The notes under the pieces are model-generated. The model was not told the DNA's origin. It ran no database searches and saw only the letters and a list, made by a program, of their open reading frames with translations. Made by a program: the position numbers and the translations under genes. Positions 43,614 through 54,270 of a DNA stretch of 64,000 nucleotides are shown piece by piece. Position 1 is the stretch's first letter. Every line of letters begins with the position of its first letter. Source of the stretch: Moorena producens (GTDB lineage Bacteria > Cyanobacteriota > Cyanobacteriia > Cyanobacteriales > Coleofasciculaceae); the NCBI RefSeq assembly GCF_965240435.1, contig NZ_CBDEKO010000003.1; one strand, written 5' to 3'.

Positions 43614-45836
43614 CTACAAATCTTCACTGAGAACTTCATGGAAAGCAAACCCAGGGGCAGCTAGTACAAAGACAATGGTAGGAAGACCAGCAGTTTTTAG
43701 CTGTAAGCTTTCGTAATATTGAGTAAACTTATCGTCTGGTATAGCCATACCCATAAAGATTAAGTCAGCATCAGCGGATGACTCATTAAGAATAGTATTA
43801 AAAGAACGCCCTTCGGAAACCAGCACCTGACAAATAACCCCAATCCGCAACTGTTTCACCCAATTACTTAGGTTTGCCCGTGCTGCTTGAGCTGCTATTT
43901 CATTAGGAACCACCAACTTGAGGTAAATCTCAGCATTTTGCCACTTCAGGTCGCTGCGCAATAGATAGGCGAGGAGCAACATCAGGCTACCATTGGCTTG
44001 CTTACCGCCCCACCAAACATCAATCCGTTGACGACTACCGAAACCCTGCTCCCGATTTTCCCGCAGAATCACTACATTACGCTTTGCCTGGTGTATGTGA
44101 GTAATCAAGCGACAGTAAGGCTGGCGACGGCTAAGGGTTTCGTTATCCCCGAGTAAAACTGTATTGGGAACTAGTGGTCCTATACCGTAAGTGTCTACCA
44201 GTTGCCGGGCTCCGGTAAAGGGATCCGGTGCTGTTACCAAGCGCACTAGAGCTTGTACACTACGCCGTTCCAGATACTCACTGATGGTTTGTTCTAACTG
44301 TGCCTGCTTAGCAACACTATGGGAACTACTGGGTAAAATACTCGAAACGGTCACTAAACCGCGATTATGGGTCAGAGCATCGGCTAACTCTATCAAAGAC
44401 CATCGTTTAGTGGGAGCTCCTGACAGCACCAAGATGTGGGGTCGCCAGTTTTTCGGATCAGGATGATGACTAATCTGAAAAATACCAGTGCGCAACAGTG
44501 CCATCCAAATACCCCGGCGTACATCCCCCCAAGCCGTGCGCAGTTCCCGCTGCTGTAGCCAAAGGTAAACCCCCAAGACAATAACAGCTGCTGCCACTGT
44601 GGCAAAGGCATTGATCAAAAACATTACGATCAGGCAACCCAATGCCCCTAACAGTGACAGAAACCAGTTAACTTTAAAGGAGGGTCGGAACGAAGGACTT
44701 TGCAAAAAGCCCTCAATGGCAGCTGCTACATTCAACACCAGATAGGTGGTCAGAAAGAACATACTTAGCACTGGTGCAATGATATCTAATTTACCAAGGC
44801 AAACTGCAGCAGTAGCTATTCCCAACGTTACAGCGGTACCAATCCGTGGTTCATCATCTCGTCCACTACCCGTACCTAGGAATCGCATCCAACGGGGTAA
44901 TACCCCATCTCTAGCTAATGCCTGTAAAATCCGGGGAGCACCCAGAATACTGCCTAAGGCACTGCTGAGAGTAGCACCCCATACCCCGAGTAGGATTGAC
45001 GGACCCCAAAATGCCATCTGCCTCATAATCAGAGGATTGGCAATTAGGGCATCTCCCCCCACCCGCATTGATAGAATAATTGGTACGATCATATAAACGG
45101 CATATCCTGTGCCTACTGCTGCCAGAGTACCGATGGGAATGGCGCGGATCGGGTTGCGTAGATCACCGGACATATTCACCCCAGCCATGATACCGGTCAC
45201 GGCAGGGAAGAAGACAGCAAAGACACCCCAGAAGGATTCTTTGGAGGTCACCCACAGCTCAATATTAGCTACATCATAAGGATAATCATGGTTACCGACG
45301 AATAGAGCAATCAGGGATAGCACTATCGCAGCCATAATAAAGTATTGAATGCGGATGGCGAGGCTAGCGGAAGTCAAAGCCAGTATTGCCACTAAAATAG
45401 TAGTAATTAGCGCTACATAAAGCTGGTTGAGGTGGGGAAAGGTCTGAACTACGCTCTCGGCAAAACCAATAGTGTATAAGGCGACTGAGAGAGCTTGGGC
45501 AAAGTAAAGGGGAATTCCTACGGCACCGCCAGTTTCAATTCCTAAGGAACGGCTAATCATGTAATACGCACCACCAGCCCTAACAATGCGGTCAGTTGCG
45601 ATCGCAGAAATAGACAGAGCCGTCAAAAAGGTAATACTGGTGGAGAGGGTAACAATGATGAGGGTACCCACTAAACCAACATTACCAAGTACCCAACCAA
45701 AGCGCAGGTACATAATAACCCCCAGGATGGTGAGAATCGACGGGGTATAGACCCCACCGAATGTTCCCAAACCTGAAGTTTTTTCCTGAGTAGGCTCGAC
45801 AACAGGAGATGAGCGGCGACCAAAGAATAACTTCAT
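43614..45836 (-). CDS. Cation-chloride cotransporter (SLC12/CCC-like, APC superfamily) with a C-terminal cytoplasmic domain
   Basis: 740 aa. The TM1 signature LGTFGGVYTPSILTILGVIMYLRFGWVLGN matches the CCC-family motif. It has 12 predicted TMs and a ~300-aa C-terminal domain. Confidence 0.65.
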   Translation of the reverse strand: MKLFFGRRSSPVVEPTQEKTSGLGTFGGVYTPSILTILGVIMYLRFGWVLGNVGLVGTLIIVTLSTSITFLTALSISAIATDRIVRAGGAYYMISRSLGIETGGAVGIPLYFAQALSVALYTIGFAESVVQTFPHLNQLYVALITTILVAILALTSASLAIRIQYFIMAAIVLSLIALFVGNHDYPYDVANIELWVTSKESFWGVFAVFFPAVTGIMAGVNMSGDLRNPIRAIPIGTLAAVGTGYAVYMIVPIILSMRVGGDALIANPLIMRQMAFWGPSILLGVWGATLSSALGSILGAPRILQALARDGVLPRWMRFLGTGSGRDDEPRIGTAVTLGIATAAVCLGKLDIIAPVLSMFFLTTYLVLNVAAAIEGFLQSPSFRPSFKVNWFLSLLGALGCLIVMFLINAFATVAAAVIVLGVYLWLQQRELRTAWGDVRRGIWMALLRTGIFQISHHPDPKNWRPHILVLSGAPTKRWSLIELADALTHNRGLVTVSSILPSSSHSVAKQAQLEQTISEYLERRSVQALVRLVTAPDPFTGARQLVDTYGIGPLVPNTVLLGDNETLSRRQPYCRLITHIHQAKRNVVILRENREQGFGSRQRIDVWWGGKQANGSLMLLLAYLLRSDLKWQNAEIYLKLVVPNEIAAQAARANLSNWVKQLRIGVICQVLVSEGRSFNTILNESSADADLIFMGMAIPDDKFTQYYESLQLKTAGLPTIVFVLAAPGFAFHEVLSEDL

Positions 45837-46439
45837 ATGTCTAAAACACGAATATAGTGCATTAAGCTAATCTGACTATAGGGAATAGGGAATAGGTAAC
45901 AGAGATTTTCATTGCTTTGGTGTGGGCGAAACGCCCATGGGTTTCTGACTTGAAAAAGCCGTCGAGGCAAGCAAGTGCGAAGCGTCCTCGGTGAAATACC
46001 AGAGATGTTCATACTTTGTTCTTTGTTGTAAATTCATTTTTGATGGGGGTATAGCTGGAAAATTTTTCAAGTCCTTGGCAGACAATGTCAGTTGGTGAAT
46101 TGATCCAGGTCCATGAACAACTCCACCAGTTCTACCCCCAAGCCACCGACATTGCAACTCAAGGATGTTACAACGTTGGTAGCCTGGGCTTTTGGTTCAA
46201 CATTGGATCAATTTCACACCACAGGACTAACTGCTGTCATGGGGTTTTGGGCAAACAAGTAGAAACTGCTAATGAAACGAAGAGAACAGAAACGATAGTC
46301 TTTTAATCTGACAGTCTTTTAAGCTGACTACAGAATTAACTTGCGCGCATTCCCAACTTTATGCACCCCAATCACGAATTTAAGACATTTTTTGCTCAAT
46401 GACCAATTATTCAATATCGGTAATATCAACTCCGGTTAA

Positions 46440-48050
46440 TCACTTCGTTGATCAATCCAGTCATGAAGCTTCCACCACCTGGCTATCGCCGTTCGCGTAG
46501 CGTGGCGATAGCCAGGTGGTGGTGTCTTATACTAACTTATAACTACCCCTAGTCCATAAGTCACACAAGCAAGCCCAGCTTCTAGGCGGTCGTCGAGATC
46601 TTTTGCTGGAACGACCCTCACTGTCATTTCTGCGAGTGAGTTTAAACACACCTCTAGCACCGATGTTGTAAGCGCCGTTTAAGTCTGCATTAAACCGCTT
46701 ACCTGAAGGGAAGGTTGCCAAAGAGTATTTTTTAGAATTTCTCTTAACCGTACCAGAGCCATCAAAAGCCAATTTTGAAGTATAAGCCGCAACGACTTCT
46801 ATCACTTTTCCACCCAATTCAGCCCATTTCATTTCTGTGAAGTCGCGGATTTTTGCCTTGAGCCATCCGTGGAATCTTTGTTTTAAATTAGACCGCTTTC
46901 GTCCACCTTTTGGCTTCCACCCTTTAAGATTCTCGAATACAATGGCTTCCGAGTTGAACTTTTCAGCAATTTCAACAATCCCCTTGGAAACAATATGGCC
47001 AATTTGGTTATTGATTCTTTGGCATTTTTGATAAGTTTTGGAGCAAAAACCTTTATGTAGTTTTCCTCCTTTTCCCATCGTCTTCGATGCTCTTGCTGAT
47101 ACGGACTTTAGTCGTTTGTCCCTGCGGTCTATGTCTCTTCCAAGATGAATAAAATCACGATGGATTACAGTGCCACTATGGGTTACAACTGCTACGGTAG
47201 CGGTAGTATTAATCCCTAAATCTACCGCAGTTATGTTAGCCTCTGGCTTGCGTTTTTCTGGTTTGCAAGTAAACGGAACAGACAGATGACAGTACCTATC
47301 GTTAAAAATCAACGAAGGGGACATCATTTTGTTTGTAGCTATCTTATGACGCTCTCTTAGTCCAGTTATTTGAACTGTAGTCCAAACCCAATCCTTGCCG
47401 TTAAAAACTTTGATTTCGACTTGATCAAAGCCATGTAGTTTATAGCATTGACCCTTGTACAGAGCTGGATAGCAGCCAGTATCAGCGTTTAACCTTGGTG
47501 GCTTGCTATCTTTTCTTTTTCGGACACCAGACTGCCATTCACGGTATCGAGTCACATAACTACTAACCTGCCCAGCGGCAAAGGCGATTGCTGATCGGCG
47601 ATAATAACTGGGAAATTTATAAAAAGCTTTATTGAATTGAGGGTATTTAATTAAGGCTCGCTTGGCCGTCTTATGCATCAGACGCTCGACAGCAGGAGTT
47701 AACTGATCTGCTGTTAAACAACCTAACTCAGACCAATGAGTGTAAATCACACCAAGCAAGTACCGACAAGCGCGGCGATAAACCTTAACCGTTTCCCCAA
47801 ATAGTAGTTTTTGCTCGGAAGTTGGGTTAAGTCGCCACTTGTCTGTTCTTATGACCTTGGTCGGTGTTTTCACGCTTTCTAATAAACTCGTTTATAGTTA
47901 ATATTTTAGCTCACAAAAGGTAATACGGCAATCAAGTAATTAATGTTCCAGGTTTTAAAGTTGGTATCAGCGTGGAGTAACCCCCACCTGAACCTTCGCG
48001 CAGCGTGGCCGTAGGCCAGGTGGGGGAATGCGTCTCACGGCTTGTTCAAG
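46440..48050 (-). mobile_element. IS200/IS605-family non-autonomous element (tnpB only), with subterminal hairpins at both ends
   Basis: Right-end hairpin CACCACCTGGCTATCGCC-gttcgcgtagcgt-GGCGATAGCCAGGTGGTG at 46462-46512. Left-end hairpin CCCCCACCTG...CAGGTGGGGG with a similar TTCGCGCAGCGTGGC loop at 47978-48030. Confidence 0.7.
46527..47873 (-). CDS. tnpB: TnpB (IS200/IS605 OrfB family)
   Basis: 448 aa. RuvC-I AVDLGI, RuvC-II IVFENL, RuvC-III NADLNGAYNIG. The zinc-finger position (YTSKLAFDGSGTVKRN...SLATFPSGKRF) has no cysteines. Confidence 0.85.
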   Translation of the reverse strand: MKTPTKVIRTDKWRLNPTSEQKLLFGETVKVYRRACRYLLGVIYTHWSELGCLTADQLTPAVERLMHKTAKRALIKYPQFNKAFYKFPSYYRRSAIAFAAGQVSSYVTRYREWQSGVRKRKDSKPPRLNADTGCYPALYKGQCYKLHGFDQVEIKVFNGKDWVWTTVQITGLRERHKIATNKMMSPSLIFNDRYCHLSVPFTCKPEKRKPEANITAVDLGINTTATVAVVTHSGTVIHRDFIHLGRDIDRRDKRLKSVSARASKTMGKGGKLHKGFCSKTYQKCQRINNQIGHIVSKGIVEIAEKFNSEAIVFENLKGWKPKGGRKRSNLKQRFHGWLKAKIRDFTEMKWAELGGKVIEVVAAYTSKLAFDGSGTVKRNSKKYSLATFPSGKRFNADLNGAYNIGARGVFKLTRRNDSEGRSSKRSRRPPRSWACLCDLWTRGSYKLV

Positions 48051-48152
48051 AAGAGCGGCAGTATATTGTACTTAACCGGACAATTCTATGTAGAATTCTG
48101 TTGGGCTAGATAGTCAGCCCACAGCCTGCGATACCATTCAACTGTAGCGTGA

Positions 48153-48536
48153 ATGACAATAAGCACTATGGAGCCTGATTCTCTACCGACAGAGTTAATT
48201 TTGACCCACCCACGTCAGACTATTGGCAATGTTCAACTGGATTGGATACCTCAACCCGGTAACTATCTCGACTTTAAAGGTAAAACCTACACAGTTTTAG
48301 AGCGCCACCACCGCTACTGTCTTAAGTCAGGGCGCTATCGTTTGCATAAAATTGCTCTGTATGTGCAGTCTTCTCCACACCCTAGTGAAAAAAGCCTGCT
48401 CCAGGGGCGTTGGGTGATTGGGGATGCCAGCTGCTATTTCAATGCTCACTCTGAATTGATTCGTTGTGCTGTCAATCCAGACGGACCCTGTGATTCTTGC
48501 CGCTTTTATGAACCCTTGAAAACCGGAACTAACTAG
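48153..48536 (+). CDS. Hypothetical protein (127 aa)
   Basis: ORF only. It lies between the IS left end and a clean terminator. Confidence 0.4.
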   Translation: MTISTMEPDSLPTELILTHPRQTIGNVQLDWIPQPGNYLDFKGKTYTVLERHHRYCLKSGRYRLHKIALYVQSSPHPSEKSLLQGRWVIGDASCYFNAHSELIRCAVNPDGPCDSCRFYEPLKTGTN

Positions 48537-48557
48537 GGCTTGCTGAATAAAAGTAGG

Positions 48558-48596
48558 AGGCTTGCTAGATAAGGGTTTCAAGCCTTTTTTTTCCAA
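48558..48596 (+). terminator. Rho-independent terminator (AGGCTTGCTAGATAAGGGTTTCAAGCCT plus T9)
   Basis: Direct reading. Confidence 0.7.
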
Positions 48597-48754
48597 TAAG
48601 TGCCAGGAAAAAGCTTTATTATGCTCAAAACATGAGCACAAATGATGAAAATCACTGCTTGTCTTGCACGGATGAGCACTCCGGAACTATTGCCTCTTGC
48701 CTCTTGCCTCTTGCCTATCCCTACCCAAATACTTTTTCAGCACACCCTAACTAA

Positions 48755-49756
48755 CTAAGGATTACCTAGAACTTCTCCTACTTCTAAACGCATACCATTG
48801 GCAAAATCCCAAGCAGATTGAGCACGTTTGCCAGCTAATTGCACTTGCTGCAACAACAACAGTCCATTTCCAGTTTGAATAATTGGACCGATTCCCTTCG
48901 CAATCTTTACAACTTCTCCAGGACGACCTGAACCAACATCAAGAGTAGACCACTCCTGCGATCGCATTTTTAACTGTGAAGGCAACTCGGATAAGTAAGC
49001 CGAATCTAAGGGAGCAGTGGCACTGATTTTCAGAGATTTACCCCGAAATGAGGTAACGCAGTTTGGGAAAAATCCCCGAATCTGATTGTGTAACTCCAAG
49101 TTAGACCGTGACCAATCTAGGCCATAATCTGACTTTTGAATCAGTGGTGCATAGGTAGCCTCAGAGTGATCTTGAGGAATTGCTTGGATGTCCTGTAACT
49201 CTTGCTTCAGGAGGGTTTCAATCAACAAATCAGCTCCCAAATTGCTCAGAGTTTTTGCCAAATCCTGGGCAGTATCCAATAGTCTGATTGGTGTATATGC
49301 TTTCAAGAGCATTGCTCCAGTATCCATTCCAGCATCCATCAACATCGTCGTGATGCCAGTTTGGGCTTCACCATTATATAGACACCACTGGATCGGAGCT
49401 GCTCCGCGATACTTAGGCAAAATTGAGCCATGTACATTGATACAACCTACCGTAGGCATATCCAGAATCTCTTGGGAGAGAATCTGCCCATAGGCAACCA
49501 CCACAAAAGCATCAGCCTTTACCTGCCTGAGCTGAGTTAGGGTTTCCCTATGCTTTTTCAGGCGCTGCGGTTGCCAAACTGGTAGTTTATGTGCTAATGC
49601 TATTGATTTTACTGGGGAAGGAATCAGCTGGTTACCACGTCCTCGACGCTTATCCGGCTGAGTCACCACACCCACCACCTCAAATTCAGGATGGTTCAAC
49701 AAACCTTCCAAACAAGGTAGAGCAAATTGGGGAGTACCAAAGAATACAACTCGCAT
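48755..49756 (-). CDS. fmt: Methionyl-tRNA formyltransferase
   Basis: Formyl_trans_N (VVFFGTP.FA...VVTQPD...RG) and the C-terminal domain. 333 aa. Confidence 0.9.
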   Translation of the reverse strand: MRVVFFGTPQFALPCLEGLLNHPEFEVVGVVTQPDKRRGRGNQLIPSPVKSIALAHKLPVWQPQRLKKHRETLTQLRQVKADAFVVVAYGQILSQEILDMPTVGCINVHGSILPKYRGAAPIQWCLYNGEAQTGITTMLMDAGMDTGAMLLKAYTPIRLLDTAQDLAKTLSNLGADLLIETLLKQELQDIQAIPQDHSEATYAPLIQKSDYGLDWSRSNLELHNQIRGFFPNCVTSFRGKSLKISATAPLDSAYLSELPSQLKMRSQEWSTLDVGSGRPGEVVKIAKGIGPIIQTGNGLLLLQQVQLAGKRAQSAWDFANGMRLEVGEVLGNP

Positions 49757-49767
49757 CTAGAAATTAC

Positions 49768-49807
49768 CAATGACTAATGACTAATGACTAATGACTAATG
49801 ACTAATC
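49768..49807. repeat. Heptamer tandem array TAATGAC x6
   Basis: Direct reading. Confidence 0.9.
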
Positions 49808-50665
49808 CACAGCAATTTCCACCCGACGATTACGTTGCTGATTAACCTCAGTATCATTAGCGACCAAAGGACGAGTTTCTCCGTAGCCAATAATCAGCCA
49901 ACGGTATGGATCGTCTAAAGCACTACTAAGATACTGCTGAACTGCTTTGGCACGCTTAAATGAAAGGTTTCGATTCTCTTTGGCTTCGCGGGGGTTGTCG
50001 GTGTGGATAGCAATCCGGATTGTACTGCCGGGATAGGCTTGCAAATCTGTGACAATTTTCTCTAGGATCAAACCTGCTTCTGGGCGTAACGTACTTTTAC
50101 TTTTCTGAAATAAAATATCACTGGGCAACGTGACTTTCAACTTGTCGGCAGCCGAGGCAGCTAATCGATTGCCATTGCTATTACCAACTAATGGAGCATC
50201 GCTACTTAGAGTCGATGGTTCCTTGAGGAGCAAAGTGATCCCTTGGATGCGCTTTTCGAGAGATTCATTCCCTCCCGAGGTTCCCAATTGAGTTTCCAAC
50301 ATTGTCACGTCCTCACTCAATCTCTTCAGTCGCTTGTCTAACTCACTTAGCTGAGCTTTGACCTGGACTCTTTGAACCGGTGTCAATTGTTTTAGTAGAT
50401 TGGCTTCCGTTGGTTCCCGAATTGAACTAAAATTGAAAAACCTTGATTCTTGCTTGTTATCCAGATGCTCCAGTAATTTTAATATCAGGGGTTTTTCTGG
50501 ATTCGGGTTAGGGTAAGCATTGGCAACAACAATGCCAAATATCAAGGCCAAGCCACTCCCTACGCCTAGCAGTAGTAGCCTGAAAATTAAGATCAGTAGG
50601 CAGTTCAGTATACTTATTGAGGTTTCAGGTCTGTTATTGGTGTTGGAAGTAGCGGGTTGAGTCAC
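49802..50665 (-). CDS. OmpA/MotB-domain protein (N-terminal TM, coiled coil, C-terminal OmpA-like peptidoglycan-binding domain)
   Basis: C-terminus ...NLSFKRAKAVQQYL...GYGETRP...NRRVEIAV. Confidence 0.7.
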   Translation of the reverse strand: MTQPATSNTNNRPETSISILNCLLILIFRLLLLGVGSGLALIFGIVVANAYPNPNPEKPLILKLLEHLDNKQESRFFNFSSIREPTEANLLKQLTPVQRVQVKAQLSELDKRLKRLSEDVTMLETQLGTSGGNESLEKRIQGITLLLKEPSTLSSDAPLVGNSNGNRLAASAADKLKVTLPSDILFQKSKSTLRPEAGLILEKIVTDLQAYPGSTIRIAIHTDNPREAKENRNLSFKRAKAVQQYLSSALDDPYRWLIIGYGETRPLVANDTEVNQQRNRRVEIAVD

Positions 50666-51152
50666 ACCGAATTTTGTTAGATCTCCTTCAACATAATGAG
50701 GCAGGATTCTCCAATTGTACTCCGTTAGGGGTCAAACGCGGGTATTTAACATTATATAAGAATTCAAGAAAACAAGGTTTAATTAAAAATGATTATCATA
50801 ACACTAAACCCTCCAAACCAACCAGTTAATTCCAATTCCAAGCCTAACAACTTTTAACAACTTTTGTGTGAGGGCTACCCACTTCAGCCAAGACCTCTTA
50901 GGGGAAGGAAAGAGTGTTAATTGTTAATTTTTCCCTGGCTTATTTTCTTTGTCTGCCTTCGGTAGCTTCATAGTGGAGGGTAATGGTAACTGACTGAGTC
51001 AAAGTGTAAGAAACCCCCTCCGTAATGCAGGGTCGGTAGGGCGAGTTGATCACTTTTGAGCCTTTTACACCTAAAGTTAAGGAACTATAGTCTAGTTTCT
51101 TGGGGTTGCTCCTCTAACTAGAAACGCTAATTAGTAACTGAAAGACCAATCA

Positions 51153-52025
51153 ATGTTGAAAAGGCAATTGAGTTTAGCAGGATGGCTTAAAAATCAACCA
51201 CTAGGACTCTTGTTAGCAACTTTGATGTTGATAACATTTAGCCTATCTGCCGAGAAAGCCAAGGCTAATGAATCCTTAGTAGCCAGTCAATCATCGGTGC
51301 TATCTTCCCAGCCTTTAAGGGAAGTAACAGAAGCTATCAAACCTGATCTAACCGAACCATACGTTCAGAGTGACCCACTCAATAGTCCTTATCCTATTCC
51401 TTGGAATTGGGTGTTGGAAACCCACGCTGAACTGGTTGCTAATCAGAGTTTTGGGTCTAGGTACTATCGCAGCCAATCACTAGTGTCTCCCGATGGCAAG
51501 TATGCTGCCTATAGTCGGATTCAACTACAAGCACAGCCGGAACTGTACCGCAGCCGCATCAGTAGTGTGATGTTTATAGAAAATTTGCAGACTGGAGATT
51601 TGCGCATCATAACTGCATCTTCTCCCTTAGCTAACCATATTAATGATGATAAATTAAGCGGGGCGATCGCTATTCTGATTCCGGTGTCTTGGACAGAGTC
51701 AAGCGATCGCCTTCTAGGGCGGCAATTTGAAGGTTTTTTTAATACCTCAGATGCTTCTGATTACGCAGTAATTTGGGATCGGAACCAAAATACTGTCACC
51801 ACCTTGGCTCCTGAGCGCATTCATTATACTAACGCAATGTTGCTAGGCTGGAGTCAAGCTAATCCAGATCAAGTTCTATTTCAGGCTGGTGAGTTGGGCA
51901 ATGAGTATTGGCCAATGTGGTCTGTTAAACCCAATGGTTACACTGCTCTTACCTTTGAGGATGAACCGATGGTTTATGGTGAATCAGTAGAACACATTTG
52001 GTCTGGTTCCCAGGCACGCTGGTAA
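51153..52025 (+). CDS. Hypothetical secreted protein (290 aa, signal peptide)
   Basis: ORF plus an N-terminal hydrophobic signal-like segment. Confidence 0.4.
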   Translation: MLKRQLSLAGWLKNQPLGLLLATLMLITFSLSAEKAKANESLVASQSSVLSSQPLREVTEAIKPDLTEPYVQSDPLNSPYPIPWNWVLETHAELVANQSFGSRYYRSQSLVSPDGKYAAYSRIQLQAQPELYRSRISSVMFIENLQTGDLRIITASSPLANHINDDKLSGAIAILIPVSWTESSDRLLGRQFEGFFNTSDASDYAVIWDRNQNTVTTLAPERIHYTNAMLLGWSQANPDQVLFQAGELGNEYWPMWSVKPNGYTALTFEDEPMVYGESVEHIWSGSQARW

Positions 52026-52039
52026 TGCCCAAGTATTAA

Positions 52040-52103
52040 GGATAAGGATGAAGGATGAAGGATAAATTTTCATAATTCATCCTTCATCCTTCATCCTTCA
52101 TCG
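52040..52103. terminator. Hairpin built from inverted GGATGAA heptamer arrays (GATGAAGGATGAAGGAT-aaattttcataa-TTCATCCTTCATCCTTCATC) between convergent genes
   Basis: Direct reading. Confidence 0.5.
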
Positions 52104-52111
52104 TTTACCAA

Positions 52112-52345
52112 TTATCTTTGGTGTTGTGCTACCAATTTTTTTAGGTAAGAGTAAGCTTCTTCTGGTGAAAGAGTGAAGATTTGACCTTTGCATAGGATTT
52201 CGTACCTTCCTAAGTAATAACCATGTCCACCAATTAAACCCATCTTTGCGGCTTGATTGCCAAGCTTGGTTAATTCCTGTCGAATTGAATAGTCCAATTC
52301 TTCTATTGGTTGATCAATAACTTGATTAATAGTTTGTTCCTTCAT
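52112..52345 (-). CDS. Hypothetical small protein (77 aa)
   Basis: ORF only. Confidence 0.35.
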   Translation of the reverse strand: MKEQTINQVIDQPIEELDYSIRQELTKLGNQAAKMGLIGGHGYYLGRYEILCKGQIFTLSPEEAYSYLKKLVAQHQR

Positions 52346-52416
52346 GTTTGACCGCTCCTCGTTTATTTATAATACTGCTTTATGCACCCCATAACCCATC
52401 GACCTGGCGATAGCGG

Positions 52417-53031
52417 TCAACAAATTGGGCACTTGCCTGGATTAACTGCATGAATGTACTCACTTCCTGATGTCGGCCATCCCCGTTTATAGGATGCTTC
52501 TTCAGGTTTACCCCAACCTAACTGCAATATAATTTCCCAAAAGTTGTAATTCTTATATTCATAGAGATTTGCCCATTCCGTTTTTTGGGCGACCTCTTTT
52601 ACATCATTGGGCATAATTTTTTGATAGTCTTTACCAAAATTAATACTTAGGTATAAGTCCATACCTTGGATGCCTGTATACCAAAACTCTAAGAGGTCAG
52701 CTTTGGCAGCTTTAAGGATTTTCAGGTCACTGTCTAGGGCCGCTAACTGCTCATCAATAGCAGGATAACGTAGAGTCTTTCCTTTCATAGTCAGTTCGCG
52801 CCAAATAATGCCTGAAACTTGGTGTTCCCGTTGGTAGCTGTGAACTGCGGCTTTAAAGTCGTTATAAGCACTGAACTTTTGAATTCCCTCCGGTTTCAGA
52901 AAGCGATCAATCACAGGGTTACCAGACACCGAAGCTGCCAGATTAAGACGTTGCCCATTCATGCACGAACGACGTTCTTGAGCCAAAATTTCGATTAGCT
53001 CCTGTGTGCTGTAAACCTTGGACATCAGCAC
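52417..53031 (-). CDS. Hypothetical protein (204 aa, C-terminal CPIC)
   Basis: ORF only. Confidence 0.4.
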   Translation of the reverse strand: MLMSKVYSTQELIEILAQERRSCMNGQRLNLAASVSGNPVIDRFLKPEGIQKFSAYNDFKAAVHSYQREHQVSGIIWRELTMKGKTLRYPAIDEQLAALDSDLKILKAAKADLLEFWYTGIQGMDLYLSINFGKDYQKIMPNDVKEVAQKTEWANLYEYKNYNFWEIILQLGWGKPEEASYKRGWPTSGSEYIHAVNPGKCPIC

Positions 53032-53187
53032 GGATGTTAACTGTACTTACAAATAGCTTAACCCGTAAACGTGACAAAAAAATAGGGTAAACGCCAATGG
53101 CAGTTCACTCATGACTAAAACAATTTTGTTCATGTTACGTTGTGGGAGTTTGATTGGATGGATGTCTACCGCACTAAGCCAATTAAA

Positions 53188-53802
53188 TCACTCTGATGTT
53201 AACTGAGCATTTATATCATTGACAGTGCGCAGCTTTAACTCTACAGATTCTGAACGGGGCAGTAAGTTAAACACTTCCCGAAACACATCATCTATCTGTT
53301 CATAAGGAACTTGTCCAATTTCGTTGAGTACTACCTCTGCATTTTGGTCAATCAGTACTGTCTGGGGAATTAAATCTTGGTAGTAGTATCCCGCTTCTGT
53401 GGGTGTATAGGTAGCATCGGCTAACAAAGTGTCGATGTTGACTGGAATAAAACTCGCTGCCCTACCATAAGGCTCCTGTAACTTAGAGATAGTCACAGAA
53501 TATAGCTTGCAATCCCTACTGTCATCTACGTAGAACACCAACAAAGCTGGCTTTTTCCTGCGCAAAGAATCTTCTAAGGTAATTCGTGGTGGGACTATAG
53601 AGCCATTACCAGCATACAGAGCAAAAATATTACCATCAAAGCTGTCATCATCGAAACTTGCTAATGCTGATGGTGTTCCCAGTAGATACCAGCAGCTCAG
53701 TAAGCCGACAAGAATCAATAGGCATTTGGAAACAAATCTGCGCCTTACACAGGAACTATATGTAATAGTCCTGTATCGGAATCTTGCTAAACCGTCTATC
53801 AT
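53188..53802 (-). CDS. Hypothetical membrane-anchored protein, possibly thioredoxin-like fold without CxxC
   Basis: N-terminal TM. ALLVFYVDDSRDC resembles a thioredoxin beta-alpha unit but lacks the WCxxC motif. Confidence 0.25.
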   Translation of the reverse strand: MIDGLARFRYRTITYSSCVRRRFVSKCLLILVGLLSCWYLLGTPSALASFDDDSFDGNIFALYAGNGSIVPPRITLEDSLRRKKPALLVFYVDDSRDCKLYSVTISKLQEPYGRAASFIPVNIDTLLADATYTPTEAGYYYQDLIPQTVLIDQNAEVVLNEIGQVPYEQIDDVFREVFNLLPRSESVELKLRTVNDINAQLTSE

Positions 53803-54270
53803 ACCGAATTATTAGCCCTTATCTCAAATCCGAGGTGAATCCAAGTCCAAGGGTTTCAAAAATCGCAACAATCACTATAGCAATTGTAATTCAGTTGTGA
53901 ACCCTAGTGCAGGCATATTGGCTGCACTACCAGCATAACTAGACTTAGGCGTGAGTCAACCGGATGAATGATCAATGGTGACGAGGGTGTTTTCTATCCC
54001 AGCAGAGAAATGCTACGGATGACTAACATCATATACTGCACCCACGCGATCGCATATACTGCACCCACGCGATCGCATTCATCAGTTTATCACTGTCAGA
54101 TCAGCAGGAGCGACCCAAGGGCAGTTTACCTGCCCATTGGAACGCGCGCCTGAGATTTCCGATCAGGGAAAATTATCAAAAATCCTCGGTTGCTGATGCC
54201 CAAGGCACAGCTGATCAGCAGAAGTGATGGGCAACACCACTCCAGCTAAAGGAATTGATAGTCAACTACC

